A stretch of 51,429 nt of DNA from Thermoanaerobaculia bacterium (lineage in GTDB: Bacteria; Acidobacteriota; Thermoanaerobaculia; Gp7-AA8): NCBI GenBank assembly GCA_036260495.1, contig DATAMS010000647.1:1-51429 (forward strand). Reading direction: 5' to 3'. The position numbers and the translations under genes are program-made. The notes under the pieces were generated by a model. It was not told the origin of the DNA, did no database searches, and saw only the letters and a list, made by a program, of their open reading frames with translations. Of this stretch, positions 16,440-25,840 are shown piece after piece; the stretch's first letter is position 1, and each line of letters opens with the position of its first letter.

Positions 16440-18866
16440 ATGTTCGAAAAATACAACGAGAAAGCACGCCGCGCACTTTTCTTTGCCCGCTACGAAGCCT
16501 CCAAGCTCGGTTCCCGCGTCATCGAGTCCGAGCACATCCTCCTCGGCGTCCTGCGCGAAGGGGAAGAGATCATCAAGGAGATTTTTTCGCGCTTCAACGT
16601 AAAGCCGGAGCAGATCCGGCGCGAAGTTGAAGGCGACCGTCTCTTCGTCGACCGCATCTCCTCGTCGGCGGAATTGCCGCTATCCGAGGAGTCGAAAAAG
16701 ATTCTGGCGTACGCGGCGCACGAAGCGGAGTCGATGCTGCATCAGTACGTCGGCACTGAACATCTCCTGATCGGAATCCTGCGCGTGGAGTCATCGACCG
16801 CCGCGCGCATCCTCACCGCCAAGGGCCTCAACGTTTACGGCGTTCGCGAGGAAACGATCTCGATCCTCAAAGAGCGCGAGGCCGACAAGCAGAAGAAAGA
16901 GCTGCCGTTTCTCGCCGAGTACGCCCGCGACCTCACAGCGATGGCGCATTCGGCGCAGTTCGATCCGCTCATCGGGCGCGAGAAGGAAGTCGAGCGCATC
17001 ATCCAGATCCTCTCCCGCCGCACGAAAAACAATCCGATCCTCCTCGGCGAGCCCGGCGTCGGCAAGACTGCCATCGTCGAAGGACTGGCGCAGCGCATCG
17101 TCGACGGCAACGTTCCGCTCTTCATCGCCAACAAGCGCATCCTCTCGCTCGACCTCTCGCTCATCGTCGCCGGCACGAAGTATCGCGGTCAGTTCGAAGA
17201 GCGGCTCAAAGGCATCATCAAAGAGCTGAAGGAAAACACCGACATCATCATCTTCATCGATGAGATTCATTCGCTCATCGGCGCCGGATCTGCCGAGGGG
17301 TCCCTGGATGCGGCGAACATTTTGAAGCCGGCGTTGTCGCGTGGCGAGATCTCCTGCATCGGCGCGACGACGATCCGCGAGTACCGGCGCTACATCGAGA
17401 AAGACCGCTCGCTGCTCCGCCGCTTCCAGGCCATCAACGTCGCGCCGCCGAACGAAGTCGAGACGTTGCAGATCCTCGAAGGCGTGAAGGAACGCTACGA
17501 GAGCTTCCACAAAGTGAAGTACAGCGACACCGCCATCCGCAGCGCGGTGTATCAATCGAACCGCTACATCACTGACCGTTTCTTTCCCGACAAAGCGATC
17601 GACATCCTCGACGAAGCAGGCGCCAAGGTGAAACTGCGCCGCGTGGCCGACACGCAGAACCTGCGCCGGCTCGAATCGGAGATCCGTTCGATCGTCAAAG
17701 AAATGAAGAAGGCGATCTCCGACAAGGATTTCGAGAAGGCCGTTTTCCTGCGCGAGCGCGAGATCGAGCTGAAGGAAGAAGTGGAGCGCTTCAAACAGGA
17801 GCGCGAGGCCGTCGGCGAAGAGATGATGGAAGTGACGAAGCGGGACGTCGAGGAGATCATCAGCTCCTGGACGGACATTCCGGTCACGTCGATCGAAGCA
17901 GACGAAGCGGCGAAGCTGATCAACATGGAAGACTCGCTGATGCGGCGCGTGGTCGGTCAGGACAAAGCCATCCGCGCCATCTCGCGCGCCATCCGCCGCT
18001 CGCGTCTCGGCGTCGCCTCCCCCAACCGGCCGATGGGATCGTTCATTTTTCTCGGCTCGTCAGGAGTGGGAAAAACCGAAGTGGCGCGGCGTCTGGCGGA
18101 GTTTCTCTTCGGATCACAACGGCATCTCATCCGCTTCGACATGTCGGAGTACATGGAGAAACACGCCGTCTCGAAGCTCATCGGCTCCCCGCCGGGATAC
18201 GTCGGACACGAGGAGGGCGGCCAGCTCACCGAGCGCGTCCGCCGCAATCCCTACTCGGTCGTCCTTCTCGACGAGATCGAGAAAGCGCATCCGGACATCG
18301 CCAACATCCTGCTGCAGATTCTCGAAGACGGCATCCTCACCGACTCGCTCGGCAATCAGGTCGACTTCCGCAACACGCTGATCATCATGACCAGCAACCT
18401 CGGCACACGTTTTCTCACGACGAAAGGCCACATGGGCTTCCGCGAAAAATCGAGCGAGGCCGATCAGAAATCCGCGGAGGCGATGATCCACCAGGAGCTG
18501 AAAAAAGAATTCAGCCCCGAGTTCATCAACCGCATCGACGACATCATCATCTTCAACCCGCTCACGCACATCGAGCTGCGCGAGATCTGCCGGCTGCTGG
18601 TCGACGACGTGAATCTGGCGCTCGTGCAGAAGGGTGTCCAAATCGCCATCGACGATTCGGTGATTGACTGGCTGCTGCGCCGCGCCGAAGAAGAGTCGAA
18701 CTCAGGCGCGCGTCCGCTGCGCCGCGCCATTCAACGCTACATCGAAGACGAATTGTCGGAGTTCCTGATCCGCCACAAAGAAGCCGTCCCGGAGTGGATC
18801 GACTTCACGATGAACGCCAACGAAGTGCTGCTGATGCCACGGAGCACCGAGGCGTTGACGCCGTAG
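16440..18866 (+). CDS. clpC: ATP-dependent Clp protease ATP-binding subunit ClpC-type (class I AAA+)
   Basis: 808-aa ORF with Clp_N repeats, two AAA+ modules (GEPGVGKTA, GSSGVGKTE) and a UVR-like linker (DKDFEKAVFLRERE). Confidence 0.9.
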   Translation: MFEKYNEKARRALFFARYEASKLGSRVIESEHILLGVLREGEEIIKEIFSRFNVKPEQIRREVEGDRLFVDRISSSAELPLSEESKKILAYAAHEAESMLHQYVGTEHLLIGILRVESSTAARILTAKGLNVYGVREETISILKEREADKQKKELPFLAEYARDLTAMAHSAQFDPLIGREKEVERIIQILSRRTKNNPILLGEPGVGKTAIVEGLAQRIVDGNVPLFIANKRILSLDLSLIVAGTKYRGQFEERLKGIIKELKENTDIIIFIDEIHSLIGAGSAEGSLDAANILKPALSRGEISCIGATTIREYRRYIEKDRSLLRRFQAINVAPPNEVETLQILEGVKERYESFHKVKYSDTAIRSAVYQSNRYITDRFFPDKAIDILDEAGAKVKLRRVADTQNLRRLESEIRSIVKEMKKAISDKDFEKAVFLREREIELKEEVERFKQEREAVGEEMMEVTKRDVEEIISSWTDIPVTSIEADEAAKLINMEDSLMRRVVGQDKAIRAISRAIRRSRLGVASPNRPMGSFIFLGSSGVGKTEVARRLAEFLFGSQRHLIRFDMSEYMEKHAVSKLIGSPPGYVGHEEGGQLTERVRRNPYSVVLLDEIEKAHPDIANILLQILEDGILTDSLGNQVDFRNTLIIMTSNLGTRFLTTKGHMGFREKSSEADQKSAEAMIHQELKKEFSPEFINRIDDIIIFNPLTHIELREICRLLVDDVNLALVQKGVQIAIDDSVIDWLLRRAEEESNSGARPLRRAIQRYIEDELSEFLIRHKEAVPEWIDFTMNANEVLLMPRSTEALTP

Positions 18867-18872
18867 ATCAAG

Positions 18873-18947
18873 AACCTTCTCACGCGGAGAGCACGGAGGT
18901 TTTCTTCGCGCTTTCGCGCCTTCGCGTGAGAAGGTTTCTCTCTTTCG
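18873..18947 (+). terminator. Hairpin plus T-rich tail after clpC
   Basis: The 14-bp perfect stem AACCTTCTCACGCG (18873-18886) pairs with CGCGTGAGAAGGTT (18923-18936). It is followed by TTCTCTCTTTCG. The 36-nt loop contains TTCGCGC-type short repeats. Confidence 0.55.
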
Positions 18948-18966
18948 TGGTTAAGCTTCTCCGAAC

Positions 18967-20496
18967 ATGAACCTCGACGACGACGCTCGCGATCTCGCCG
19001 ACCTCGGCTACACGCAGCAGCTCTTTCGCGAGATGGGCGGCTTCTCCAACTTCGCCGTCTCGTTTTCGATCATCTCCATTCTCACCGGCGCCGTACTGCT
19101 GTTTGGATACGGACTCAAGTTCGCAGGTCCGGTAGCGAACTCCATCGGCTGGCCGGTCGTCAGTCTGCTCACGATGACCGTGGCTATGTCGATGGCGGAG
19201 ATCGCCTCGGCCTATCCGACCGCGGGCGGTCTTTACTTCTGGGCCTTCCGCCTCGGCGGGCGAACGTGGGCATGGGTCACGGCGTGGCTCAACATGATCG
19301 GACAAGTCTCGATCACCGCCGGAATCAACATCGCCGCCGCCATCTACATCATCGGCATCTTCACGCGCGAGCCGAAGAGCTGGTGGTTCCAGGTCGGCGT
19401 CATGGTGCTGATCCTCATCCCGCAGGTTGCCATCAATCTCTGGGGCATTCGATTGACCGCGCGCCTTTCCGACATCAGCGTCTGGTGGCACATCGGAGGC
19501 GTCCTCCTCATCGCGCTGGCGCTGACGATCTTCGGCAAGCACCACAATCCCACGTCGTTTCTCTTCGCGTGGAAGCCGGTCGTACACGGCGCGGAGATCG
19601 CGGCGGCACCGATGACGATCGGCGACATCGCAATCCGATCGCCGCTCTTCCGCCTCTTTCCATCGCTGGCAACGCTTTACGCCGCAGCGCCGCCGCTGCT
19701 CTTTTTCGCACTGGCGATGTTGCAAGCGCAGTGGACCTTCACCGGCTACGATGCCTCGGCGCACCTCGCCGAAGAGACGGTGATGGCGCGCAAGAACACG
19801 GCTTGGGGAATCGTGATGTCGGTCGGTGTCTCAGCCGTCGCCGGCTACGTCATGCTGATGATTCTGACGTGGTGCATTCCGAATGGCGATGTGGCGAGGA
19901 CGGCGAACGATCCCTATCCCGTTCTCTACATCGTCTCGAAAAATCTGGCCCCGTTTCTCGCCAACATCATCGCCGTCGTGATCGGTATCGCAATGTGGCT
20001 CTGCGGCGTCGCCTCGGTCACCTCGATGGGACGGATGTGGTACGCCTTCGCCCGCGACGACGGCATGCCCGGCTCGCGCTGGCTCAAACGCGTGAACGGA
20101 ACGCATCGCACACCGGCGGTGGCGATCATCGTGACGTCCGTGCTCAGCGTCATCGTCTGTCTCTACGCCGCTGCGTGGTTCGTCGTCACGTCGATCAGCA
20201 CGATCTGCCTCTACCTCGCGTACGGCATCCCCGTCCTGCTCAACCTGCGCAATCGGCTTCGCGGCAGGGGCGAGCACATGACGTCTGCGAGTGCGCCGTG
20301 GTCGCTCGGCCGATGGTCATCAGCCATCAACGTCATCGCCGTAATCTGGATCGTCATCATCACGATCGTTTTCATGCTCCCGCCCAACGAACTGGTGCTC
20401 TGGACGATGATCGGTGTGTCGTTCCTGCTCATCGCAGTCTGGATGCTGTTCGCGCGACGGAACTTTCGCGGTCCGGCGAAGGCGGTACGCTCGTAG
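18967..20496 (+). CDS. Amino acid/polyamine permease (APC superfamily)
   Basis: 509-aa ORF with about 12 hydrophobic helices. The N-terminal motif AEIASAYPTAGGLYFW is typical of APC transporters. Confidence 0.8.
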   Translation: MNLDDDARDLADLGYTQQLFREMGGFSNFAVSFSIISILTGAVLLFGYGLKFAGPVANSIGWPVVSLLTMTVAMSMAEIASAYPTAGGLYFWAFRLGGRTWAWVTAWLNMIGQVSITAGINIAAAIYIIGIFTREPKSWWFQVGVMVLILIPQVAINLWGIRLTARLSDISVWWHIGGVLLIALALTIFGKHHNPTSFLFAWKPVVHGAEIAAAPMTIGDIAIRSPLFRLFPSLATLYAAAPPLLFFALAMLQAQWTFTGYDASAHLAEETVMARKNTAWGIVMSVGVSAVAGYVMLMILTWCIPNGDVARTANDPYPVLYIVSKNLAPFLANIIAVVIGIAMWLCGVASVTSMGRMWYAFARDDGMPGSRWLKRVNGTHRTPAVAIIVTSVLSVIVCLYAAAWFVVTSISTICLYLAYGIPVLLNLRNRLRGRGEHMTSASAPWSLGRWSSAINVIAVIWIVIITIVFMLPPNELVLWTMIGVSFLLIAVWMLFARRNFRGPAKAVRS

Positions 20497-20563
20497 TCGC
20501 CCGTAGTTCGTGAATGTTCGCCGCGTTCGAATCGAGTCCGCGCAATGGTTGCGGCGCGACTCT

Positions 20564-21895
20564 TTACCTAAGGTCCAACGCGCGCTCCACCGCTTCGATG
20601 GTCGGATCGATCTCGATCGTTCGTTCCTTCGGGACGTTGCGCAGGATGGAGTCAGTGTCCTTGAGCAGGTGGCCTGTCAGCACGCAAACGATCCGCTCGC
20701 CGTCGTGCATGACGCCCGCGGCCCGGAGTTTTCTCACGCCGGCCAGAGTCGTGGCGGATGCGGGCTCGCAGCCGATGCCCATTTCGTCGATCTCGCGTTT
20801 GGCAGCCATCAGCTCGTCGTCGGTCACTTCTTCGACGATGCCGTTCGTTGACTGAATCGCGGTCACTGCTTTGGCGTGGCTGACGGGATCGCCGATGCGG
20901 ATGGCGCTGGCGATGGTTTCGGCGCTGATTTTGTGGCGCGTGGCGAACGACTCGCGGTAGCTGCGGAAGAACGGATTCGCGCCGCTGGCCTGGATCGAGG
21001 CGAGGCGTGGCATCGTCGTGATCCAGCCGGCGTCGAAGGCTTCGCGCAGCGCTTTGCCGAAGGCGCTGGTGTTGCCGAGGTTGCCGGCGGGGACGACGAT
21101 CCAATCGGGAGCGTTCCATTCGAGATCCTGCAGCAACTCCCACACGATCGTTTTCTGGCCCTCGATGCGAAACGGGTTGATGGAGTTGACGAGATAGATG
21201 CCGAGCTTGTCGCAGGCTTCGCGAACGAGCGTCATGGCGGCGTCGAAATCGCCGCGAACGGCAAGCGCGGTTGCTCCGTACGCGAGCGTCTGCGCGAGCT
21301 TGCCGGTGGCGACTTTCCCCGCGGGGACGAACACGACCGCACGAATGCCGGCCTGCGCTGCGTACGCGGCCAGCGACGCGCTGGTGTTGCCGGTCGAGGC
21401 GCAAGCAACGGCGCGGGCGCCGAGCCGTTTGGCCTGCGTCATGGCCACAGTCATGCCGCGGTCTTTGAATGAACCGGTGGGATTTTCGCCTTCGTGTTTG
21501 AAGTGGATTCGGGTGTCGGGTGTCGGGTGTCGGGTGTGGGAGCTGTTGCCCGATCTCGGACTCTCGTTGAGATCGGAGCCTTCTCGAAGATCGTGGCCCT
21601 TGTCTGCTCTCTCCGACTCCCGGCCCCCGGCTCCCCACTCCCGCGAGTACATCCTCGTCGCCCCCTCGGGATGCGTGACGATTTGATCTTCATCGATCGA
21701 CAAGACCGCTTCGCGGAATCGCCAGACGCCGCTTTGATCGATTGTGCGGCGGCTGGCGCGGCGCGCTTCGAAGATCTCGCGATCGGGAAACGTGTCGCGC
21801 TCAACGTTCAGCAGATCGCCGCACTCGCAGGTGTAGCGGATCTCGAGCGCGTCGAACTTGCGTCCGCAGGCGATGCATTGCAGCCATTCGCTCAT
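20564..21895 (-). CDS. thrC: Threonine synthase (N-terminal zinc-ribbon type) carrying an in-frame repeat-derived insertion
   Basis: The start ATG at 21895 overlaps the thrB stop (ATGA). Motifs include CIACGRKF...CECG and the PLP-lysine motif NPTGSFKDRG, plus ASTGNTSAS and NPFRIEGQKT. The ORF-track N-terminal 137 aa are spurious. Confidence 0.9.
   Translation of the reverse strand: MSEWLQCIACGRKFDALEIRYTCECGDLLNVERDTFPDREIFEARRASRRTIDQSGVWRFREAVLSIDEDQIVTHPEGATRMYSREWGAGGRESERADKGHDLREGSDLNESPRSGNSSHTRHPTPDTRIHFKHEGENPTGSFKDRGMTVAMTQAKRLGARAVACASTGNTSASLAAYAAQAGIRAVVFVPAGKVATGKLAQTLAYGATALAVRGDFDAAMTLVREACDKLGIYLVNSINPFRIEGQKTIVWELLQDLEWNAPDWIVVPAGNLGNTSAFGKALREAFDAGWITTMPRLASIQASGANPFFRSYRESFATRHKISAETIASAIRIGDPVSHAKAVTAIQSTNGIVEEVTDDELMAAKREIDEMGIGCEPASATTLAGVRKLRAAGVMHDGERIVCVLTGHLLKDTDSILRNVPKERTIEIDPTIEAVERALDLR
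21506..21645. repeat. ~140-nt imperfect palindromic repeat element inside thrC
   Basis: The left arm is (GGGTGTC)x3-GGGTGTGGGAG (21511-21542). The right arm is C-rich, CTCCGACTCCCGGCCCCCGGCTCCCCACTCCCG (21611-21643). An inner 8-bp hairpin joins CCGATCTC (21550-21557) with GAGATCGG (21569-21576). Confidence 0.8.
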
Positions 21896-22806
21896 ACGGC
21901 GTGCACTCCTTGCCGCGCGATCGGCGAAACGCGCGCGGTCGATCGAACCTGTTCGAAGGCCGTCTGCATCGCCGCGGTCACGCGATGCGCGATGTCGCCG
22001 TCGGCGCAGATTGCGACGAGTGTCGGGCCGGAGCCGCTGATCGTGCAGGCGAACGCGCCGGCGTCGAGTGCGGCGCGCTTCACGGCGTTGAAGTGCGGGA
22101 TGAGCGCGGCGCGGCGCGGTTCGGCGTAGCGATCGTCGAGGGCGCGGCGCAGCAACTCGCCATCGCCGGTCGCGAACGCGTGCACGACACCCGCGGTGTT
22201 CGCCATCTGCTGGACCCAGACCGCGCGGCCCGAGGTCGATGGCAAGACTTCGCGCGCAGCTTTCGTCTGGATGCGGACGTCGGGCGTTACCAACGCGAGG
22301 CGCCAATCGGCGGCCACTGTCAGAGCGATGATGTCGATGGGACGGACGGAGCGCGAGAGGGCAAGTCCGCCCAGAATGGCTGGCGCGATGTTGTCGAGAT
22401 GCTCGCCGGCGACGGTCATCTCACCTTGCAACGCTGCCGCGGCCAGCTCGACCGGCGATGTTTCGCTGCCCATCGCCAGCGCGGCGGCGAACGCGCCGGC
22501 GACACTGCTGGCGGCGCTGCCGCCGAGTCCGCCCGACAGCGGCAAGCCTTTATCAATGGTCACGATCGGATTGCGCGAATCGCCATGCGCGCGAAGCCAG
22601 GCGATGGCGGCGATCGCGGCGGCGTTGCGTTGGGGATCGAGCGGAACGAGCGCGGCGTCGATGCCGGTGATGCTGTCGACGCGCGCATCGCCATCGGTCA
22701 ACTCGATCGTGACGCGGTCGCCGATTCCTTCGATGGCGAGGCCGAGAACGTCGAAACCGGGACCGACGTTGCCGATGGAGCCGGGCGCGAATGCCGTCGC
22801 GCTCAC
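21892..22806 (-). CDS. thrB: Homoserine kinase (GHMP family)
   Basis: 304-aa ORF with APGSIGNVGPGFDVLG and the GHMP motif PLSGGLGGSAAS. It overlaps thrA and thrC by 4 nt each. Confidence 0.9.
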   Translation of the reverse strand: MSATAFAPGSIGNVGPGFDVLGLAIEGIGDRVTIELTDGDARVDSITGIDAALVPLDPQRNAAAIAAIAWLRAHGDSRNPIVTIDKGLPLSGGLGGSAASSVAGAFAAALAMGSETSPVELAAAALQGEMTVAGEHLDNIAPAILGGLALSRSVRPIDIIALTVAADWRLALVTPDVRIQTKAAREVLPSTSGRAVWVQQMANTAGVVHAFATGDGELLRRALDDRYAEPRRAALIPHFNAVKRAALDAGAFACTISGSGPTLVAICADGDIAHRVTAAMQTAFEQVRSTARVSPIARQGVHAV

Positions 22807-25352
22807 CGGCTTCGCCTCCGACGTTCTTCCATGGCGATGGCGACGATGTCGTTGAGAACGCCGGCCGCGGTCACGGTCGCGCCGGCGCCCGGACCGGAGA
22901 CGACGAGCGGATTCGTTTTGTAGCGCTTCGAATAAATCGCCACCTGGTTTGCGGTCCCGCGCAGATGAGCGAGCGGCGAGGTGTTCGGCACGGCTTCGAC
23001 GCCGACGGAGATCGAGCGCTTGCGAATCGTGGCCACGTAGCGCAGAACTTTGCCGCCGCGGCGCGCGCGATCGACACGTTCGCGATACTCGTCGTCGAGC
23101 GAGACCAGTCCGGCAATGAACGTCTTTGCGTCGATGTTGCTGCCATCGCTGCGAACGAGCGGCTCGAGTTTGATCTCGTCCGGCTCGGCGCGATAGCCGA
23201 GCGTGCGCGCCAGAATGAGCGCCTTGCGCGCGACGTCCATGCCGGAGAGATCGTCGCGCGGATCAGGTTCCGTGTAGCCAAGCTCCCACGCTTTGCGCAC
23301 GGCCTCGGAAAACGCGACGCCGTCTTCGAGCGCGGTCATCAGGTAGCCGAGGGTGCCGGAAAAACAGCCGAGAATCATCTCGATTTTGTCGCCCGCTTCC
23401 TGCAGTTTTGCGATCGTGTCGAGCACCGGCAATCCCGCGCCGGCGGTGGCCTCGTAGCGAACGGAAAGGCCGCGCTCTTTCGCGGTTTCCATCAGCCGGT
23501 CGAACTCGAGCTGCGGTCCGGCCAGCGGTTTCTTGTTCGCGCAGACGACGTGAAATCCGTATTCGAGCGCTTCCTGCAGCAGCGGACCTGTTTCTTCCGA
23601 GGTGAGATCGACGAGCACCGGGCGGTACGACGGCAGCATCCAAAGCTCGTCGCGCATCATCGTTTCGAGCTCGCGCAACGTCAGCGGCGAGCCGCGCTCG
23701 AAAAGGCGCGCGCCTGATTCTTTTCGTTTCGCGAATCGCTGCAATGCCGCTGGAGTGAATCCTTTGTCGTCGATGCGGATGCCGGAACGGTCGGCGACGG
23801 CGACGACTTTGAGATCGATGCCGAGGTCTCGGCGGAGGTGCGGTTGCTGCGCGATCAGTTGACGCGCCAGCTCGCGGCCGATCTGGCCGAGGCCGAGAAG
23901 AGTGAGCTTGGCCTCGCGGCCAGTCGTGTCGGCGAGCGGACGGATCTTGTGGAGCTGGTATTCGGAATGAAGCGCCAGCAACGCGCGCGTGGCATCACTT
24001 TCCGAAACCGCGATCGTGATGTTGAGCTCCGAGGAGCCTTGCGCGATGGCGACGATGTTCACGCCGGCGGCGGCGATCGCGGAGAACGTTCGCGCGGCGA
24101 TGCCGGACGTTCCGCGCATGCCCAGTCCGACGACGGCAATGAGTGCGACCCGTTTCTCGGCGTCGATGCGATCGATGAGATGGAGTTTGCGCTCCGGCTC
24201 GAACGCCGCTTCGAGCGCCGCGACGGCATGATCAGCTTCCGATTCGGGGACGACGAAACAGATGCTCGATTCGCTCGATGCCTGGCTGATCATCGAGACG
24301 GAATGGCCTGCCTGCGAGAGTGCGGTGAACGCGCGGCCGGCGACGCCCGGCACGCCGATCATTCCGTTTCCTTCAATCGAGAGGAGCGCCTGGCGATGAA
24401 TCGCGGTGAGCGCTTTGACCGGATAGGAGCCGGGCTTGACGTCGCCGGCGATGCGCGTGCCGGGCGAGGTCTCGCGAAAACTGTTGCGCACGTAAAGCGG
24501 AATGCGGCGGTCGACGAGCGGGATCATCGTGCGCGGATGCAGCACGTTCGCGCCGTAGTAGGCCAGCTCGGCGGCCTCGCGGTAATGCAGATCGGCGATG
24601 ACGCGTGCGGCGGGAACGCTCTTCGGATCGGCGGTCATGAGGCCGTCGACTTCTTTGAAGAGTCGCAGCGCACGCGCGCCGATGCTGCGCGCCAGAATCG
24701 CCGCGGAGAAGTCGGAGCCGCCGCGCCCGAGGGTGACGACGGAGCCGTCCGGGCCGCTGGCGAGGAAGCCGGGCATCACGACGACTTTTCCGGCGGCAAG
24801 CAATGGCAGAACGTTCTTCTTCGCGGCGCGTTCGCACTTCAACAAATTCGGCCAGAGCGTTCCCAATCTTCGCTCCGTTTGAATCACCTCGGTGGCATCG
24901 ACGAACACCGCATCGATTCCGATCTCGATTGCGGCAATGGCGAAGATCGCGGCGACGAGGCGCTCGCCACGGGCGACGAGTGCGTCCTGCGCGCGAGGAG
25001 TCAACTCGCCGAGGACTGCGATGCTTTCGGTCATGGAACGAAGCTCGCGGACGGATTCGGTGATGACCGCGTTCAGGGCGTTGGCGCGATCGGGCGTGGC
25101 AACCAGCTCCGCAACCAGCGTCCGATGCCGCGATTCGACCTGCGCCGCGGCGTCATCGCAACGCGCGCGATCGCGGCGCAACGCGGCCTGGCCGGCTTCG
25201 AGCAGCAGATCGGTGACGCCATTCATCGCCGAGACGACGACAGCAACACCCGGCGCCGCGCGGCTCACGTGCGCGAGCGCAACGCGAATCGCATCGGCAT
25301 TGCCGACGGCGACACCGCCAAACTTGAAGACCTCGGGACGAGCCTGCTTCAT
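22803..25352 (-). CDS. thrA: Bifunctional aspartokinase / homoserine dehydrogenase
   Basis: 849-aa ORF. The N-terminus is an amino-acid kinase (VFKFGGVAVG), followed by ACT-like regions and a C-terminal HSDH (LGLGQIGREL, NKKPLAG, SGTLGYL). Confidence 0.9.
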   Translation of the reverse strand: MKQARPEVFKFGGVAVGNADAIRVALAHVSRAAPGVAVVVSAMNGVTDLLLEAGQAALRRDRARCDDAAAQVESRHRTLVAELVATPDRANALNAVITESVRELRSMTESIAVLGELTPRAQDALVARGERLVAAIFAIAAIEIGIDAVFVDATEVIQTERRLGTLWPNLLKCERAAKKNVLPLLAAGKVVVMPGFLASGPDGSVVTLGRGGSDFSAAILARSIGARALRLFKEVDGLMTADPKSVPAARVIADLHYREAAELAYYGANVLHPRTMIPLVDRRIPLYVRNSFRETSPGTRIAGDVKPGSYPVKALTAIHRQALLSIEGNGMIGVPGVAGRAFTALSQAGHSVSMISQASSESSICFVVPESEADHAVAALEAAFEPERKLHLIDRIDAEKRVALIAVVGLGMRGTSGIAARTFSAIAAAGVNIVAIAQGSSELNITIAVSESDATRALLALHSEYQLHKIRPLADTTGREAKLTLLGLGQIGRELARQLIAQQPHLRRDLGIDLKVVAVADRSGIRIDDKGFTPAALQRFAKRKESGARLFERGSPLTLRELETMMRDELWMLPSYRPVLVDLTSEETGPLLQEALEYGFHVVCANKKPLAGPQLEFDRLMETAKERGLSVRYEATAGAGLPVLDTIAKLQEAGDKIEMILGCFSGTLGYLMTALEDGVAFSEAVRKAWELGYTEPDPRDDLSGMDVARKALILARTLGYRAEPDEIKLEPLVRSDGSNIDAKTFIAGLVSLDDEYRERVDRARRGGKVLRYVATIRKRSISVGVEAVPNTSPLAHLRGTANQVAIYSKRYKTNPLVVSGPGAGATVTAAGVLNDIVAIAMEERRRRSR

Positions 25353-25378
25353 GAGGACGCGGAGTATAAGCGGCGCTT

Positions 25379-25470
25379 GGGGTCAGGTCTGAAGTGTGAA
25401 GTGACGGAAGACCGCTTCGGCCTCTCTGCGACAATCCCGATCCGTCACTTCACACTTCAGACCTGACCCC
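25379..25470. repeat. Perfect 30-bp inverted repeat upstream of thrA
   Basis: GGGGTCAGGTCTGAAGTGTGAAGTGACGGA (25379-25408) is the exact reverse complement of 25441-25470. The spacer is 32 nt. The arms contain tandem GAAGTG(T/A) heptamers. Confidence 0.95.
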
Positions 25471-25536
25471 AGGCGCCTGACGCCCTGGGAACATTGGCGG
25501 CACGCTTTTTTCGCCAGTCGATAAGCCCTGCTCCTG

Positions 25537-25840
25537 ATGACAGAACGTGCCGTGATAGGTTCGCAGCTCGATGAGCCTGTTGGTTTTGACTGGGATGACG
25601 ACAAAGCCGCTGCGAATCTCACGAAGCACGCCGTCACCTTTGAAGAGGCGATGAGTGGTCTTCGACGATCCGCTTGCTCGCATTCACGAAGATCCCGATC
25701 ACTCAGCCGGTGAAACGCGAGAAATCATCACCGGCTACTCCAACTCAGGACGGCTTCTGTTGGTATCGATCCGCATCATCAATGCCCGCAAGCCTGACAA
25801 AGACGAGCGACGCCATCATGAAGAAGAATCACGCCGCTGA
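25537..25840 (+). pseudogene. brnT: Decayed BrnT-type (DUF497) toxin gene: +1 frameshift near 25655 plus an apparent internal deletion
   Basis: Frame 1 from ATG 25537 reads ...FDWDDDKAAANLTKHAVTFEEAMS and then runs out of frame. Frame 2 from 25655 reads VVFDDPLARIHEDPDHSAGETREIITGYSNSGRLLLVS-IRIINARKPDKDERR. Joined together these follow the BrnT consensus apart from one extra G and a missing segment before IRII. Confidence 0.6.

Noticed and set aside
21896-22306. The N-terminal 137 aa of ORF 20564..22306 upstream of the thrC zinc ribbon.
   Set aside because: It is Arg-rich noise overlapping thrB in another frame. The ATG at 21895 overlaps the thrB stop (ATGA) and begins a canonical ThrC N-terminus.
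25353-25536. An E. coli-type thr leader peptide attenuator upstream of thrA.
   Set aside because: Reading the minus strand shows no short ORF enriched in Thr/Ile codons. The only ORF (…MFPGRQAPGVRSEV) is translated repeat sequence.
25645-25665. Programmed +1 ribosomal frameshift in brnT.
   Set aside because: There is no slippery heptamer or stimulatory stop-codon context. The downstream part also appears to carry a deletion, so decay or a sequencing indel is the simpler explanation.
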